From Felis catus (lineage: Eukaryota): a stretch of DNA of 64,000 nucleotides. How positions within the stretch are numbered: the stretch's first letter is position 1; each line of letters opens with the position of its first letter. The position numbers and the translations under genes were made by a program. The stretch spans positions 109,866,001-109,930,000 of the forward strand of contig NC_058373.1 in NCBI RefSeq assembly GCF_018350175.1. Reading direction: 5' to 3'. This document shows, in pieces, positions 14,295-28,364 of the stretch. The notes under the pieces were generated by a model. It did not search any database. It was not told where the DNA came from and saw only the letters and a list, made by a program, of their open reading frames with translations.

Positions 14295-14738
14295 CCTATT
14301 AGAGCTCTCCAGAATGATGAAACCAATAAGGTCTATATGTACACATATATGGAGATAGATTTATTCCAAGGAATTGGCTTTATTATTGGATTTATTTCAA
14401 TGATCATGGAGGCTGGAGAGTCCAAAATCTGCAGGTAGGCCAGCAGACTGGACATCTAGGAAAGAGTTAATGTAGCTCAAGTCCAAAGACAATAGCAGCA
14501 CAGAATCCCCTCCTCCTTGGGGGGGGGGGGGGGGGGAGGAGACAGTCTTTTTTCTCTTAAGGCTTTCAATTGATTGGATAAAAGCCCCACCGATATTATG
14601 GAAGGTAATCTCAAAGTCTACAGATTTAAATGTTAATGTCATATAAAAAATATCTTCACAGAAACATCTACAATAGTGTTTAACCAAAAATCGGGGTATC
14701 ATGGCCTAGCTAAAAGACACATAAAATTAACCATCACA
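14295..14738 (-). mobile_element. MLT2-family (ERVL) solo LTR
   Basis: Ends ...gacacataaaattaaccatcaca, the reverse complement of the MLT2 start TGTGATGGTTAATTTTATGTGTC. Internal gatttatt..aaggaattggct and agtccaaaatctgcagg. Confidence 0.85.
14519..14536 (+). repeat. G18 homopolymer inside the MLT2 LTR
   Basis: Read directly from the sequence. Confidence 0.92.
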
Positions 14739-16236
14739 CATTATATAAAAAAAGAATAAACACTATATATAATATGGCCCCAATTATTTTCAAACTGTAA
14801 GGAAATACCAAAATGTTAACATTAGATTTTTCCTATTTTTATTTTCCAAGTCTTCTATAAAGCTCAGTGCTTATCTTGCTTGTTCTTTTAGCAGCATTTA
14901 AAAATATTAACTGCTTTCCTTTTCTAGAAACACTCTCACTTACAGCTTCCCTTTATAGTATATTCTTTTTATGATATTGTCCAATTTTCACTCTTGTCTT
15001 CTGCAAATATTCCCCACTTAGACCCAGCAGGGTGGCCCTGGAGACATGCTCCTACTGTATGATCCTGCTCTTCCGACTACAGCTCTTGGTCAGGCATGGA
15101 CACCTGGCCCTACAGCAGTAAATCCATTGGCTGGGTTGGGCTAATTAGATTCTCTTTCCTGATAGTAGTTTGAAAGCAAGTCAGTCTCTGTTGTGTGCTT
15201 GAATTTGGAAATGATGTAGAAGTAGGGATAAGGCTGAAACATGTGTGCCAAAGCAGAGAGAGAAGAAGCAGAAATGGGAGACCATGCAACCCCAAGAAAA
15301 GGGATGAACGGCATTGCCTTTAGTTCTAATAGCGTTCTAGAGGCCTGGCTCTAATTCCTCCAGAAGGCTGGCAGCACCTTCTTGACTTTGACTTCTATGA
15401 GAAGATACCCATTCTAGTCCTCAAATAAATTTTTTTTCTAGTACAAATGAGTTACTAGAGCCCTACACACAAACACACACACACACACACACAACCTTAG
15501 ACAAACCTCTCAAACTGCTGCTTGTCAGATTCTGTTTCAGGTTCTTTTTACCCTATCCATTCCTTAAATATTGAGGTCTTTAAAGGTTTTTTTTCCTTGG
15601 GGGCACCTGGGTGGCTCAGTCAGTTAAGCATCTGACTTTGGCTCAGGTCACAAGCTCACAATTCACGAGTTCAAGCCCCATGTCGGGCTCTGTACTGACA
15701 GCTCAGAGCCTGGAGCCTGCTTCACATTCTGTGTGTGTCTCTCTCTCTATGCCCCTTCCCTGCTCATGCTGTGTCTCTCTCTCAAAAATAAATAAACATC
15801 AAAAAAAATTTTTTTACTAAAAAAAAAAAAAAAAAAAGGTTTTTCCCTAGACTCTCTGTTCTTCTGTGTGTACCCTCCAAGGGCAGGACCATCCACTCTC
15901 ATCACTTCATTCTGCACATGTATGCTGATGATACCAAACCTCTCCAGGTCTCTTTCATGTGCAGAATTGCCTGCCAGATAGTTCAGTCTTACAGGCACCT
16001 CAAATTCAACATATCTAAAATGGAATTTTCCTCCATACTCCTGCTCCTTTCTGCAATTTCTATAAATCACACTACTATTTCACAGCTTTCCAAATAGTAA
16101 ATCTAGGAATAATCCTTTACTCCTGTTTTTCTTCTTTACTGTCATTTGCAATTAATCACCATGTCTTATCAATTCTACATCTTAGTATCTCTCAAATGTA
16201 TCCATTTCTTTCTACTCCCACTGACACTATTTAGGT

Positions 16237-16559
16237 CAGGAGCCAGCCAAGTTCTTTTCTAAAGAGCCAGATAGTAACTATGTTGGGCTTTGTGGATTAT
16301 ATAGTCAATGTCACAATTACTCAATTCTGCTGCCATAGCACAAAGGCACCACAGACAAGATATATATAAATGAATGGACACGGCTGTGATCCAATAAAGC
16401 TTTATGTATAGCCACTAAAACTATTAATTTCATATAATTTGCACATGTCACAAAATAAATAATCTTGTGGCCTTTGTCAACTATTTAAAATGTAAAAAAC
16501 CATTCATACTTCACAGGTCATATAAAATCAGGCAGCAGGCCGTTGTTTATAGTCTCCTG
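16237..16559 (+). mobile_element. MER58-family hAT-Charlie DNA transposon relic
   Basis: cagg...aaagagccagatagtaa...caattactcaattctgctgccatagcacaaag...ggctgtgatccaataaagcttta...cctg. It sits inside an L2 relic. Confidence 0.8.
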
Positions 16560-16849
16560 TAGGTCTCCATCTTCTCTCCCTTGAACTGGTGGAGTAACGT
16601 CTTACCTGGTCTGCTTCCCCTGCCTCCAGTCTTACTGCTCTCTAGTCACTTTCCATACTATAGATACAAGAATCTTCCTAAAACACCAATCTAATCCCCT
16701 CAAGCAAACAGACCATATTTTTGTTTTATTTGCCCTCTTATCTGTAGGACTTATGTGACTGGCTAGTACTTATTAGAAATGAAATGATTATATTTATGGA
16801 ATTTAATGTCATTACCATTGTTAAAGCTTTTTAGTCAACAAAAATGTAT

Positions 16850-19440
16850 AACTGCAACAAAAGAAATAAACTTGTCATTATTCTCAGCTGACATATTTTT
16901 CTCTATAAAGAACAGATGAGAATATACATCTAATTATTAAATTAATGGAGAGTTGAAAAAAGTTGTATATATGATCAATACATAAAAATCAAGTATGTTT
17001 CTATATTCCAGTCACAAAAAGTTATATTTGAATTTTAACAAGGTATCACGACAACAACAAAAAACATAAACTACAAAGAAGTCTAACAGAAGATATACTT
17101 GATTTATATGGAGGAAATTATAAAACTCCATTGAAATATATTTAAGAAAACCTAAATAAAGATTTACCATAATCAGGGAGCCTGGGTGGCTGAATCATTT
17201 AAGCATTTGACTTTGGCTCAGGTCACGATCTCACAGTTCATGGGTTCAAGCCCCATGTCAGGCTCCATGCTGACAGCTTAGGGCCTGGAGCCTGCTTCGG
17301 ATTTTGTGTCTCCCTCTCTGTCTGCCCCTACCCTACCCTGCTTGTGCTCTGTCTCGCTCACTCAAAAATAAACATTAAAAAAAAAAAAAAAGATTTACCA
17401 TATTCATAGACAAATTCAATATTGTAAGGCTATCAATTCTCTCCACATTAATTTATAAATCATTGCAATTTCAATAAAAGTCCAGAGATTTTTATGGAAA
17501 TTAAAGAGCTCATTCTAAGACGTATATTGAAAGCAAATACTCAAAAATAGCCAAGACAATCTTGAAGAATATGGTAGAGAACTTTCATAAACAGATATTA
17601 AGACTTAGTCTAAAGCAATTAAAGCATAATGATGATATTGATAAAGAGACAGACAAATAAAAGAGACCAGTGAAACAGAATACAAAACCCATAATCACAG
17701 CCATACACTTATAGAAACTTGGTACGTAACAAAGTGGGATTACAGATAAGGGGAGAAAGGATGAACTATTCAAAAATAGTATTAGCTTAATTATCAATAT
17801 GAAAAAAAATACATCAGACCCATTTCTCACAATATATACCAAAACCACTAAAGGTAGATCAAAGATTTAAACATGAAAGTATGATTTTATCTTTTTAGTA
17901 AAACAGCAAAAGGATTTTTCTTTTGGAACTAGAAAAACAAAATCTAAAGCACATACAGAAGACTCTATAAACAAGTAAAAACAGCAAGAATAAGTGAAAA
18001 AATATTATAAAGCTATAGTAAATATAATAGTATGGAACTTGCACACAAATAGCAGATGTATCAATTTGAAGTAAAAAATATGGATACAGACCTCAATATA
18101 TACCTGTATTTAATCTATGATTAATACAGGGGCATCTGGGTGGCTCAGTAAGTTAAGCATCAGACTCTTGATTTTGGCTCAGGTCATGATCTCATGATTC
18201 CTGAGATCAAGCCCCCAATCGAGCTCTGTGCTGATAGCACAGAGCTGCTTGGGATTCTCTCCCTCTCTTTCTGCCTCCACTTGTCCTCATTTGTGTGGGC
18301 ACTTGCACTCTCTCTGTAAAAATAAATAAATAAACTTAAAAAAAAAGTGACAGTTAAAGTCAGGGGAAAATGGACTATTCAATAAATGGTGCCATTGGGA
18401 AATATCAATTTAGATTCCTTACTCAAAGCAAGAGATGGTTCAAAGCCACCTTTTAAGCATAAAAAAAAACAAAAACAAAAACCATAAAAGTACTACAACA
18501 AATCATGGTAGAAGACTATTCTAAATATTACACAAAACCTAGAAACCACGAAACAAAAGACTGACGTATAAAAAGAAAATAATTCTGCTTGAAAAACAAA
18601 AAAGCAGAAGAGAAGTAACAATTTAGGAACACGTATTTCTAAATCACACACAGACAAAAGGCTAATTTGAACACAATATAAAGGGCTTCAAAAAGCAAAA
18701 AGTAACCCAAGAGAAACAAAAGCATATGTCCATGCAAAAATTTATACAAAAATATCCATAGCAACATTATTCAAAATAAAGTAAAACCAAATGTCTACCA
18801 GCAAATGAAAGGATAAATAAAATGTGGTATATCTATCTGATGGAATATTACTTAGCAATAAAAAGGAATGAAGTACTGATACATGCTATAATACAGATGA
18901 ATCTTAAAACATGCTAAGTGAAAGAAGCCAGCAACAGACTAAATATTGTATGTTCCCATTTATATGAAATGTCCAGAGTAGGCAAATCTATAGAGACATA
19001 AAGTGGATTAGTGGTTGTCTAGGGTTACCTAGGAATTGGGGGGAAATGGGGAATGACTGCTACGAGTATGGGATTCCTTTGGGTGGTAGAAAATGTTCTA
19101 AAATTGACTGTGATGATGGTTGCACAACTCTATGAATATATTGAAAGGTCTTTTTTTTATTTTTTTAATGTTTATTTATTTTTGAGAGACACACACAGAG
19201 CAAGAGTGGGGGAGGGGCAGAGAGAGGGAGACACAGAGTTTGAAGCAAACTCCAGACTCTGAGCTGTCAGCACACAGCCCAACGTGGGGCTTGCACTCAT
19301 GAACCATGAGATCATGACCTGAGCCAAAGTCTGATGCTTCATCAACTGAGCCACCCCTATTGAAAGCTATTGAATTGCATAATTTAAATGGGTGAACTGT
19401 ATGGTACATGAATTACATCTCAATATATTTTTTAATATAA
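16850..19440 (+). mobile_element. Old LINE-1 (L1M type) ORF2 to 3' UTR fragments interrupted by SINEs
   Basis: Degenerate KLSLF.AD-like segment, ataaatggtg, tggaatattacttagcaataaaaaggaatgaagtactgatacatgcta, and a typical L1M 3' end ...gaattacatctcaata. Confidence 0.8.
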
Positions 19441-20100
19441 AAAACAAAAACCAGTAAGTAGAGGTGAGAGGATTTGTTTCTGCCCATAAAGGATTAACTG
19501 TTGTAAGTACAGCTGTTCCATTGTAAACATCCAGAAAACGAGACAAATTATATAAAACAACCATTTTCAGATACTGGAAAACAGCACAGAACTGTAATTC
19601 ATGAGAAAAGGGAAACAAATGAGATGGGCCCTACGACTGCCCTAGGTTGCTGCTGGAGGCAGTTTCCAGGCTGTAGCATGGGAGGAGGAACCAAAACAAA
19701 GTCTAGCAGTTTCACTGAATTAAGGGGAAGAAGACTGGAATTTCCAGAGGCCAAGGCAGCTATTAGCTTGTAGGACAGAACACTGGAGAGAGGAATCACA
19801 CAAGTCCAGAAGATCTGTAGGGGGTCTCTGCAAATAGTTTGCTGAGTATTAATCTATGCATGCATGGGGTGAAAGTCCACAAGGATGGGAGAAAAAAATA
19901 CCAGAAAACAGTAGGCCAATCAATTCCCAAAGTTCACACAGGCCTGGAATCACTTTCCTACCCAGCAGAGTACTAAGGGAATTGGGTACTCTTTAGAAGG
20001 TTATTGCTTGGGGCACCTGGCTGGCTCAGTCCTTACAAAGAACAAGCTCTTGATCTCCGGAGTTTTAAACTCAAGCCCCATGTTGGGTGTAGAGATTATT

Positions 20101-20131
<31 letters not shown>

Positions 20132-20859
20132 AAAAAAAATAAGAATCTTAGGCCTTAGCAGTGAGGACAAATTAGCTCTAACCTATGGTTATTCTGGACT
20201 CTCTCTAGCAAGCTTAAAAACATTAAACTGTAACCACAACAAAGTCCAACATTATTTAAAGGAATACAACAAAATCTAAAACTCTTAAAAATTACCAAAG
20301 AAGCAGAATAATATAATCCATAACCAGGAGAAATATTAGAACCACACAAAGATGACAAAGATGATGAAACTAGTGGATAAGAACTTTAAAACAGTTATTA
20401 AAATCTTATACTCAGGGGCATCTGGGTAGCTCAGTCAGTTAAATGTCTGACTTAACTTCCACTCAGGTCATGATCTCGCGGTCCATGAGTTTGAGCCCCA
20501 TGTGGGACTCTGTGCTGACAGCTCAGAGTCTGGAGCCTTCTTCGGACTCCATGTCTCCCTCTCTTTCTGCCCCTACCCCACTCATGCTCTATCTCTCAAA
20601 AATGAATAAACATTAAAAAAATTTTTTTTTTCATTTTTTTTTTTTAATCTTATACTCAAGGGGCATGTGGGTGGCTCAGCTGCTTAAGCGTCCGACTTTG
20701 GCTCAGGTCATGATTTCACAATTTGTGAGGTCAAGCCCAAGTCGGGTTCTGTGCTGACAGCTTGGAGACTGAAGCCGGTTTTCGAGTTCTGTGTCTCCCT
20801 CTCTCTCTGCCCCTCCTCGCCCCTCAAAAATAAATGAACATTAAAAATAGAATAAAATA

Positions 20860-21084
20860 GGGGCGCCTGGGTGGCGCAGTCGGTTAAGCGTCCGACTTCA
20901 GCCAGGTCACGATCTCACGGTCCGTGAGTTCGAGCCCCACGTCAGGCTCTGGGCTGATGGCTCAGAGCCTGGAGCCTGTTTCCGATTCTGTGTCTCCCTC
21001 TCTCTCTGCCCCTTCCCCGTTCATGCTCTGTCTCTCTCTGTCCCAAAAATAAACGTTGAAAAAAAAAATTTTTTTTTAAATAAA
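20860..21084 (+). mobile_element. Young felid Can-SINE (SINEC_Fc-type)
   Basis: Same diagnostic sequence as the 3684 copy (ggctctgggctgatggctc). Perfect 17-bp TSD aaaaatagaataaaata at 20843-20859 and 21085-21101. Confidence 0.95.
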
Positions 21085-21331
21085 AAAAATAGAATAAAAT
21101 ATTATATTCAAGAATGTAAAAGAAATAAGAACATAATGAGCAGGAAAAAAGGAAGATTAAAAAACATCTAATTGGAGCTTCTAGATATAAAATATATAGT
21201 ATGTGAAAATATATCCCATCCTACTTGAGTCCACCAGAAAATCAGATACTGCAGAAGAAAAGATCAGTGAACTGGAAGTTATGGCAATAGAGATGATATA
21301 AAACGAAGCACCAAGAGCAAAAACATTGCAC

Positions 21332-21332
<1 letters not shown>

Positions 21333-21362
<30 letters not shown>
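21333..21362 (+). repeat. (CAT)10 microsatellite
   Basis: Read directly from the sequence. Confidence 0.95.
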
Positions 21363-21364
<2 letters not shown>

Positions 21365-22227
21365 CCATCACATCAGTGATCTGTGAGTGACCAGTGTTAA
21401 ACAATTTAACATACATGAAACTGAATTTCTAAGATTTGGAGGGAGATAGAGGAAGAGGGGAGAAAAAAAATTTCTAGAAATGCTGGAACATTACACAAAA
21501 ATGTATTATTGTGAGTTTTATAACATATGTAGATGTAAAGTGTATGACAACAATAATAAAAAAAAAAAGAGAGGGAAAATGAAAGTATACCATTGCAAGC
21601 TTCTTAGGCTATACTTGAAATAGAACATTATTTGAAGGCAGAACAGCAGTTTAAAAAGAAAAAGGAAAACCCAAGAGGTATAGTTTAATTTTTTTTAATT
21701 TTTTTTTTTATTAGAGACAGAGTGTGCATGCATGCACAAAGCAAACAAGGGAGGGGTGGAGGGAGAAGAGTGAGAATCTTTGCAGGCTCCACGCACAGCA
21801 CAGAGCCCCATGTGGGGCTCAATCTCCCAACAGTGAGCCACCCAGACACCCCAAGGTATAATTTAAAAAGAAAATCAGTAAGTAAAATGCCAGCAATCTA
21901 ATAGAAAAAAAAATGAGAAAGCTTTGAATACACAGTACTGAAATAGTCAACCTACTAAATAAATTACACTATGTTAATATATTGGAAAGTAATGTAAATG
22001 TGAAAAAATTAATACAGCTATCTATACAGTATGGAAAGTGCCGGGGTGCCTGGGTGGCCCAGTCAGTTAAGCAGCTGACTTCCACTCAGGCGGTTCAGGC
22101 TCCATGCTGACAGCGTGGAGCCTACTTGGGATTCTCTCTCTCTTCCTCTCTTTCTGCCCATCCCCTGCTTGTGCATGCTCACGCATGCACACATGCTCGC
22201 GCTGATCTCAACCTGTTAAAAAAAAAT

Positions 22228-22318
22228 GTATATATACATGTATGTGTATGTGTATATGTGTGTATATATATATACACACACACACATATACATATATATA
22301 TATATATTATATATATAT
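22228..22318 (+). repeat. Compound TA/TG/CA microsatellite
   Basis: Alternating purine-pyrimidine tract directly after a SINE tail. Confidence 0.9.
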
Positions 22319-25300
22319 AATGGAAACTGCTAACACGGAGAGACAATATAATACAGTAGCATAGTGTAATTATGCAGCTAAACTCTAGGTTTAGGGGCGC
22401 CTGGGTGGCTCTGTCGGTTAAGCGTCCGACTTCATCTCGGGTTATGATCTCGCGGTCCGTGATTTCAAGCCCTGCATTGGACTCTGTGCTGACAGCTCAG
22501 AGCCTGGTGCCTGCTTCAGATTCGGTGTCTCCCTCTATCTCTGCCCCTCTCCCGCTCTTGCTCTGTCTGTCTCTCTCAAAACTAAATAAAGATTAAAAAA
22601 AAAAAATCTTTTAAACTCTGTAGGTTTGAATCCAGGGTCTGTTAGGTACTTGTAAGAGTCAACTGGAGCAAATTACTTAATTTCCCTCTACCTCAATTTC
22701 TTCTTCTGCAAATAGGTGATAAAACTCTGAGGATTTTAGGGGGATTAAAACAATTAAGTCATGTAAAGCATTTAAAACAACTGTTAAGCACAAAAAGTTA
22801 GTACTCATTAACTGCTGGGTAAAAGAAAAGGAAAATCTTCCCACAATATATTTCTAAATGAAAAAAGCAAGGTCCAGAAAAGTATAGTATGCTACCATTT
22901 GTATGAAAAATAAACTATATAGATATATGTCTACAAAAGTAAAGATTCTCCAGAAGGCTAAACAACAGACTTAGAACAATGAATTCTTCTGGAAAGAGAT
23001 TCTGGTAGCTTTGGAATAGAAAAAGAAAAGAAATGTACTCTCCTCTTCATATTTTCATGTAAATATTAAATTTTCTATTAAGTATTCCCTACTCAAACAA
23101 ATAAATTCAATTATTTTTAAAGGAAGGATCAATAGTAAGCGCTTACAAAATCAGGAAAATGTGCATTTCAAGCACAAGTATGATATGAGGTCAAAAGAAA
23201 TCAAAGAGCAAACCAATTTGATTTTTTAATGAACTGTGTTTCTTCCCAGAATTACCAGTGTGATCAGTTTTCCTTGGCTCTTGAAGCCTTTTCTAGCTTT
23301 TGTCATTACTGACCCACTTTTGTAGTTTTTCTTGCCTTCCTTTTATTTTTTCATGACCTCACAGATATCTTTATTATTTACAATAAACTATATTTTAATA
23401 AAATATCTTATGTGTTTTTCTTTTCCAAAGCTCTTATTATATTTACTGAATTTTTTATTTATATTAGAAAAATAGAGGAAAAGGAAGGGTGAGAAAAATC
23501 AGCACTAATTTCAGTCAACAACTTAATACATGTTTAAAACATAAATATTTGTGGCTATTGCATATGTGTTTATATACACACATATTATCTTCTCAAGGCA
23601 TGTTTCTAAAAGCTTCTCAAGCTTCTAAAAAGCTGTTTGTGTAGTTTGACACAATCCTATTTCAAAAATATTTATTATTGAAAAGATTCTTTAAAAATCA
23701 CATAGTGTGATTTCAAAAGAATTTTCTGCATAAGCTCTGGAGTCTGTATGATTAAAAATTTTTTTCTAATGTTTATTTATTTTTGAGACAGAAAGATAGA
23801 GCATGAGCTACGGAGGGACATAAAGAGAGGTAACACAATCCGAAGCAGGCTCCAGGCTCTGAGCTGTCAGCACAGAGCCTGATGCTGGGCTCAAACTCAC
23901 AGACGGACCATGAGATCATGACCTGAACCAGTTGAGATCATGACCTGAGCCAAAGTTGGACGCTTAACAGACTGAGCCCCCCAGGTGCCCCTGAAGTCTG
24001 TAAGATTTAAATTTTCCCTGTGAGACTTACTAGCTATGTTACTTTGAATAAATTAATCTTCCTCTACCTTACTTTCCTGATCTGTAAACTTGTATTAATA
24101 GTAGGACCAAACATTGGGAAGTTATAAAAGTAGACTAAATCAGGTAATAGACGTTTTAAAAAATGTCTGACCTTCATACATGTTAACACTAGAATTACTA
24201 TTATTATTATTAAAATTAGTGAGAGCATATGGACCAGTTGGGAATGGGTTTGGCTACAAAGTGTATGATGACAATTTTTTAAAATGAGATTAATCTAAAA
24301 CTTTCTTAATGTCATTAAATCAAGTATATAATTAGAACTCATATGCAATATTATTTAAAAATTAAGAATTTTTATTTTTGGAAAGAACATGCAAAAATAA
24401 GTACAAAAGGAGTGCTTTACTTTTAATTTTAGATTATTCTTCAAAGGACCATGTTCTTAATACCTAATGCTCCTGATTTCTTATTTTTTCCCAATTCAGG
24501 CTACAAAAAAATTCCAAGAAATAATATGGAAGCAGTAATTATTATCCTGGCTAATGGATTTCAAGTTACTTAATACCTGGAAATGCCATACACCTTCTAT
24601 CTTGCATCAGCATGAAAAAAAATTCTTCTAGTATCAAATAACTGCTTGGAGTCATACTGTTTCAATCTCTCTTTTGATATAACATACCTTAAAAAGATTC
24701 AAAGACTGGAATTGCAAAAAAGGTGAGACAACAATGTTGGAGAAATACAAAATATATTTTAAGGATCAAGAGTTAATTTTACTTATTAGGGGTTTAAGAA
24801 AATACTTTTTTTTCCCTCAAAAATCTTTGGGAAACTTCAGTAAAATGCAATAGACCTCACTTAGCTAGCTAATGGATCAGAATCTCTGAGAGTAGGGATA
24901 GAAACCTGCACTTTAAACAAGCCCGAAGTAATTTTGTTGGTCTGTGGTCATTTTAAGAATAAATGAGGATTAATGAAACAGAAGGGGTTAATTAAAAATA
25001 AAAAGGCTCTGTGTAGGGGCACTTGGTAGGTTCTGTGGGTTAAGCATCAGACTCCTGGTTTTGGCTCATGTCAGGATCTCAAGGTTTAATGAGTTCAAGT
25101 CCCACTTGGGGCTCTGCAATGGCAGCATGGAGCCTGCTTGGGATTCTCTCTCTCCCCAGCTCTCTCTGCTCCTCCCCCACTTGCACGGTCTCTGTCTCTC
25201 TCAAAATAAATAAACTTAAAAAAAAATTTTTTTAAACAGCCAAAAAATGGGGGGGGGGAGGATACTCTTTATAGGAAGTCAATCTTGAGCAGATTTCAAA

Positions 25301-27904
25301 AGCTGATTTCACATTAATTGGCAGGGAGCAGTTATTCCACACCAAAAGGATGGTATGTGAGAGAACTGTTTCCAGAGATGTTTCAGCATCCCAGGCATAT
25401 AGAAATAACCACACTTGTCCTGAATAAGCACTAGGGGCCCAGCAGATAGACAGGACTATCAACCCAAACTACTATTAATTAGAAAAACACCAGGCTTTCA
25501 TTGCTTAATTCTTACCCCAGTTTCCAGTATCGTTTTTTCATTACACACTCCTGAAAATATAAGCCTCCAAACTACTACAATACTAACTGACAGAGAGTAG
25601 GACCAAAACAGCTTAAGCAAAGGAAGGTACTTTTGTTTTCAATTATAACAGGATTTTTTTAAAGAGTAAAAAAGTTGGGGTGCCTGGGTGGCTCAGTCAA
25701 TTGAGCATCAGACATTGGCTCAAGTCATGATCTCACAGTTCATGTGTTTGAGCCCGGTGACGGGCTCTGTGCTGACAGCTCAGAGCCTGGAGCTTGCTTT
25801 GGATTCTGTGTCTCTCTCTCTTTCTCTCTGCCCCTCTCCCACTCACCTTTGTCTCTCTCTCTCAAAAGTAAACATAAAAAAAAGTAAAAAGTAAAAAAGC
25901 ATTTTGTTTTTCATACTAGGTTATTAAAAACATTTATAAACACAGAACTTCCATACAAGGGAGCCTTTCTTCTATAACCAAAAGATAAACAATTATTCGA
26001 ATTTAGAAGTTTACTCGAATTTAAAGTAAAAAAATCTGAAATAAGAAATGTAATTTTACAAGATTAATTCTAATAGTTCAGTCTCCACATATGTAAAATA
26101 CAGTTTGAGAGTAGGTGATTTTTAAAGTCATGTCTAGCTAAATTTATAAAATTGTACAATATACGAATTCCTCAAACTTTGAATTAAACATACTAGGTTG
26201 TCCAAAACTATAATGTAAGCTTTTTCTAAGAATTCAAGTAACCCTGAAATATTACAATACTAATATCTACAATTCATAAATCATCAGCAGTACAGTTTTC
26301 AGACTTTCTGTTAGCACGTGCTTTGAATAAGTGAGCAAAAAATAACTTTTTTTTTTAACTTGGACTCTAATAGTAACACCATGCAACATAGCTACTCATT
26401 GAGGAATTATAAAAGACCCTACAGTTACAGTTTTTTCCTGAAAGTCTCATGAAAATAAGACAAACATCATTAGCTAACCAGTAAATATGCCAAACATAAA
26501 TCAATGACAATCTTAAATTCTAAAATATTTAGATCAAATAAAACATGATATTTATCTTTCATGCAAAACAGGCAGCACTATTTTACAATTTTGAGTATCA
26601 CCTATATCGCCTTTGGCTAAATAGGAAAAAATAATTGTCCATGGTACTCTTCTGTCGTAATTCTGTCATTCTTACTCTGCACATTACATATTTTGCATGA
26701 TACTGTAAGAGAGATGTACTGCACAGAAGTGCCCATGGGGATAAGACATTATACTGCAATTAAATCTGGAATGAGTAAGCTTAACATAATGGAGTTTTAC
26801 ACAGAATTGAGTATATCTCAATTTAAGATGATTTTGTGCTCTGATGGAAAAAAAAAATTGAGGATGTCTAATTCTTTAGATTCTCCATGATTACTAAGTT
26901 TATTCTTAAATTAAGGGACTGGTCTACAGTAGGAACAAAGCTCCTTACAATTTTTAAAAGATGGATAAAACAAAATAGCAGTCTAAGAATAAATGTTGCT
27001 TCTATAAAAAAGAGAATCGGTATTCAAACCTAAGTAACATGAAAGAGTGAAAAATGGGAGGCCAAAAGAAGGAGGCAAAATATAAGATATTTCCCATTAG
27101 AAACTCATCCCTGATTGTCAGGCTGTCCTTGCTGTCGTTACGTGTCATTTTTATAAACCCACTAGTCTGACCAAGAGCCCCGATTTTAAGAAAAACTGTA
27201 ATAAAAGTATGCACTTTCAAAGCTAATGAAACAGTAATACTGTAACAGCTCAACAACTGATACTACAAATCAGTGATTTAGGAGATTAATTAAACTTTGT
27301 ATCCAACAGCAAATTAGCAGCCACACCCCTAAAAAAGATAACTCAGGCTGCGTTCCATTCACTTCCATAAACAGTGGCCTTTGTTTAAAATTCATTTCTT
27401 CATAGCCTCGAACGACCATGTTTGTTTTGCAATTACACGACGGTTTTATAAACACTGTCTCAGAGTAAATAAAGCTCAAGACTTTACCCAAGCCTGGCAG
27501 AATTAGTCTGGGGCAAGGCATCATTATGGTGAAACTGGGTCTTGGTTAAGTGTAAGACCATCATACTTAATTACAATTATATTCTGTGCATCACAAGAAT
27601 TAAAACCATTTTAAAAACTCAACCAAAGCTCAATGATAATGTTACTCCACGAATAGCGTTTCCTTTGGGTTCTAAGAAAGGCACTGTTATTAGAATACAG
27701 TTTGACAGCTAAGTCTCTTAAGTTTTCCCGGATCATTTAATCTTTTAAAACCTAGAAAAGGCCTGTTTGCGGGGACTGTGAAATCCCGCGGAAAGAGAGG
27801 TTTGGGAGGGGAACGGCCAAATTAACATAACTGCGGGGAGTGAAGACAACTCCGGGTAGTTTAACTCTCCAAGGCTGAGCAGACGACAGACAAGGGACCC
27901 TTAC

Positions 27905-28333
27905 CTGCCAGCGGCCGTAGGTGAGGAGGATCATGGAGATGGGGATGGCGGTGCCGGACATGGCATGGGTGGAGGGCATGCTGTACTCGGAGTTGTAGAA
28001 GACCTCCAACTTGACCACGGGCGGCGAGGCGGGCCGCGGCCAGCGGATGATGTCCTTGGTGCACTGGCCCAGGTACATGACCAGCACCCAGATGACCACG
28101 AGCCTCCGGCCCACCAGGGCGTCCAGGTTCCAGATCCAGAAGGGGAAGAACAGGATGTAAAAGAGTTCGTTGCCCAGCTCGGTGCCGAAGCAGAACAGGT
28201 AGTAGAGCGGCCAGTTGCTCACGTGGGCCAGCTCACCCTCCTCGCCCGTCAGCGAGTTGCGGCGCAGGGCCCCCACGCGCGGCGGCGAGGCCGGGCCCAG
28301 CTCGGTCGCCAGCCCGTTCCGCACGCCGTTGGG

Positions 28334-28364
<31 letters not shown>

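Larger units (their letters stand above)
19470..21680 (+). mobile_element. Old LINE-1 5' region / ORF1 fragments with nested SINEs
   Basis: L1M-type 5' motifs (attttcagatactggaaaacag, gaaaagggaaacaaatgag) and ORF1-like gcagaagaaaagatcagtgaactggaag. Confidence 0.65.
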
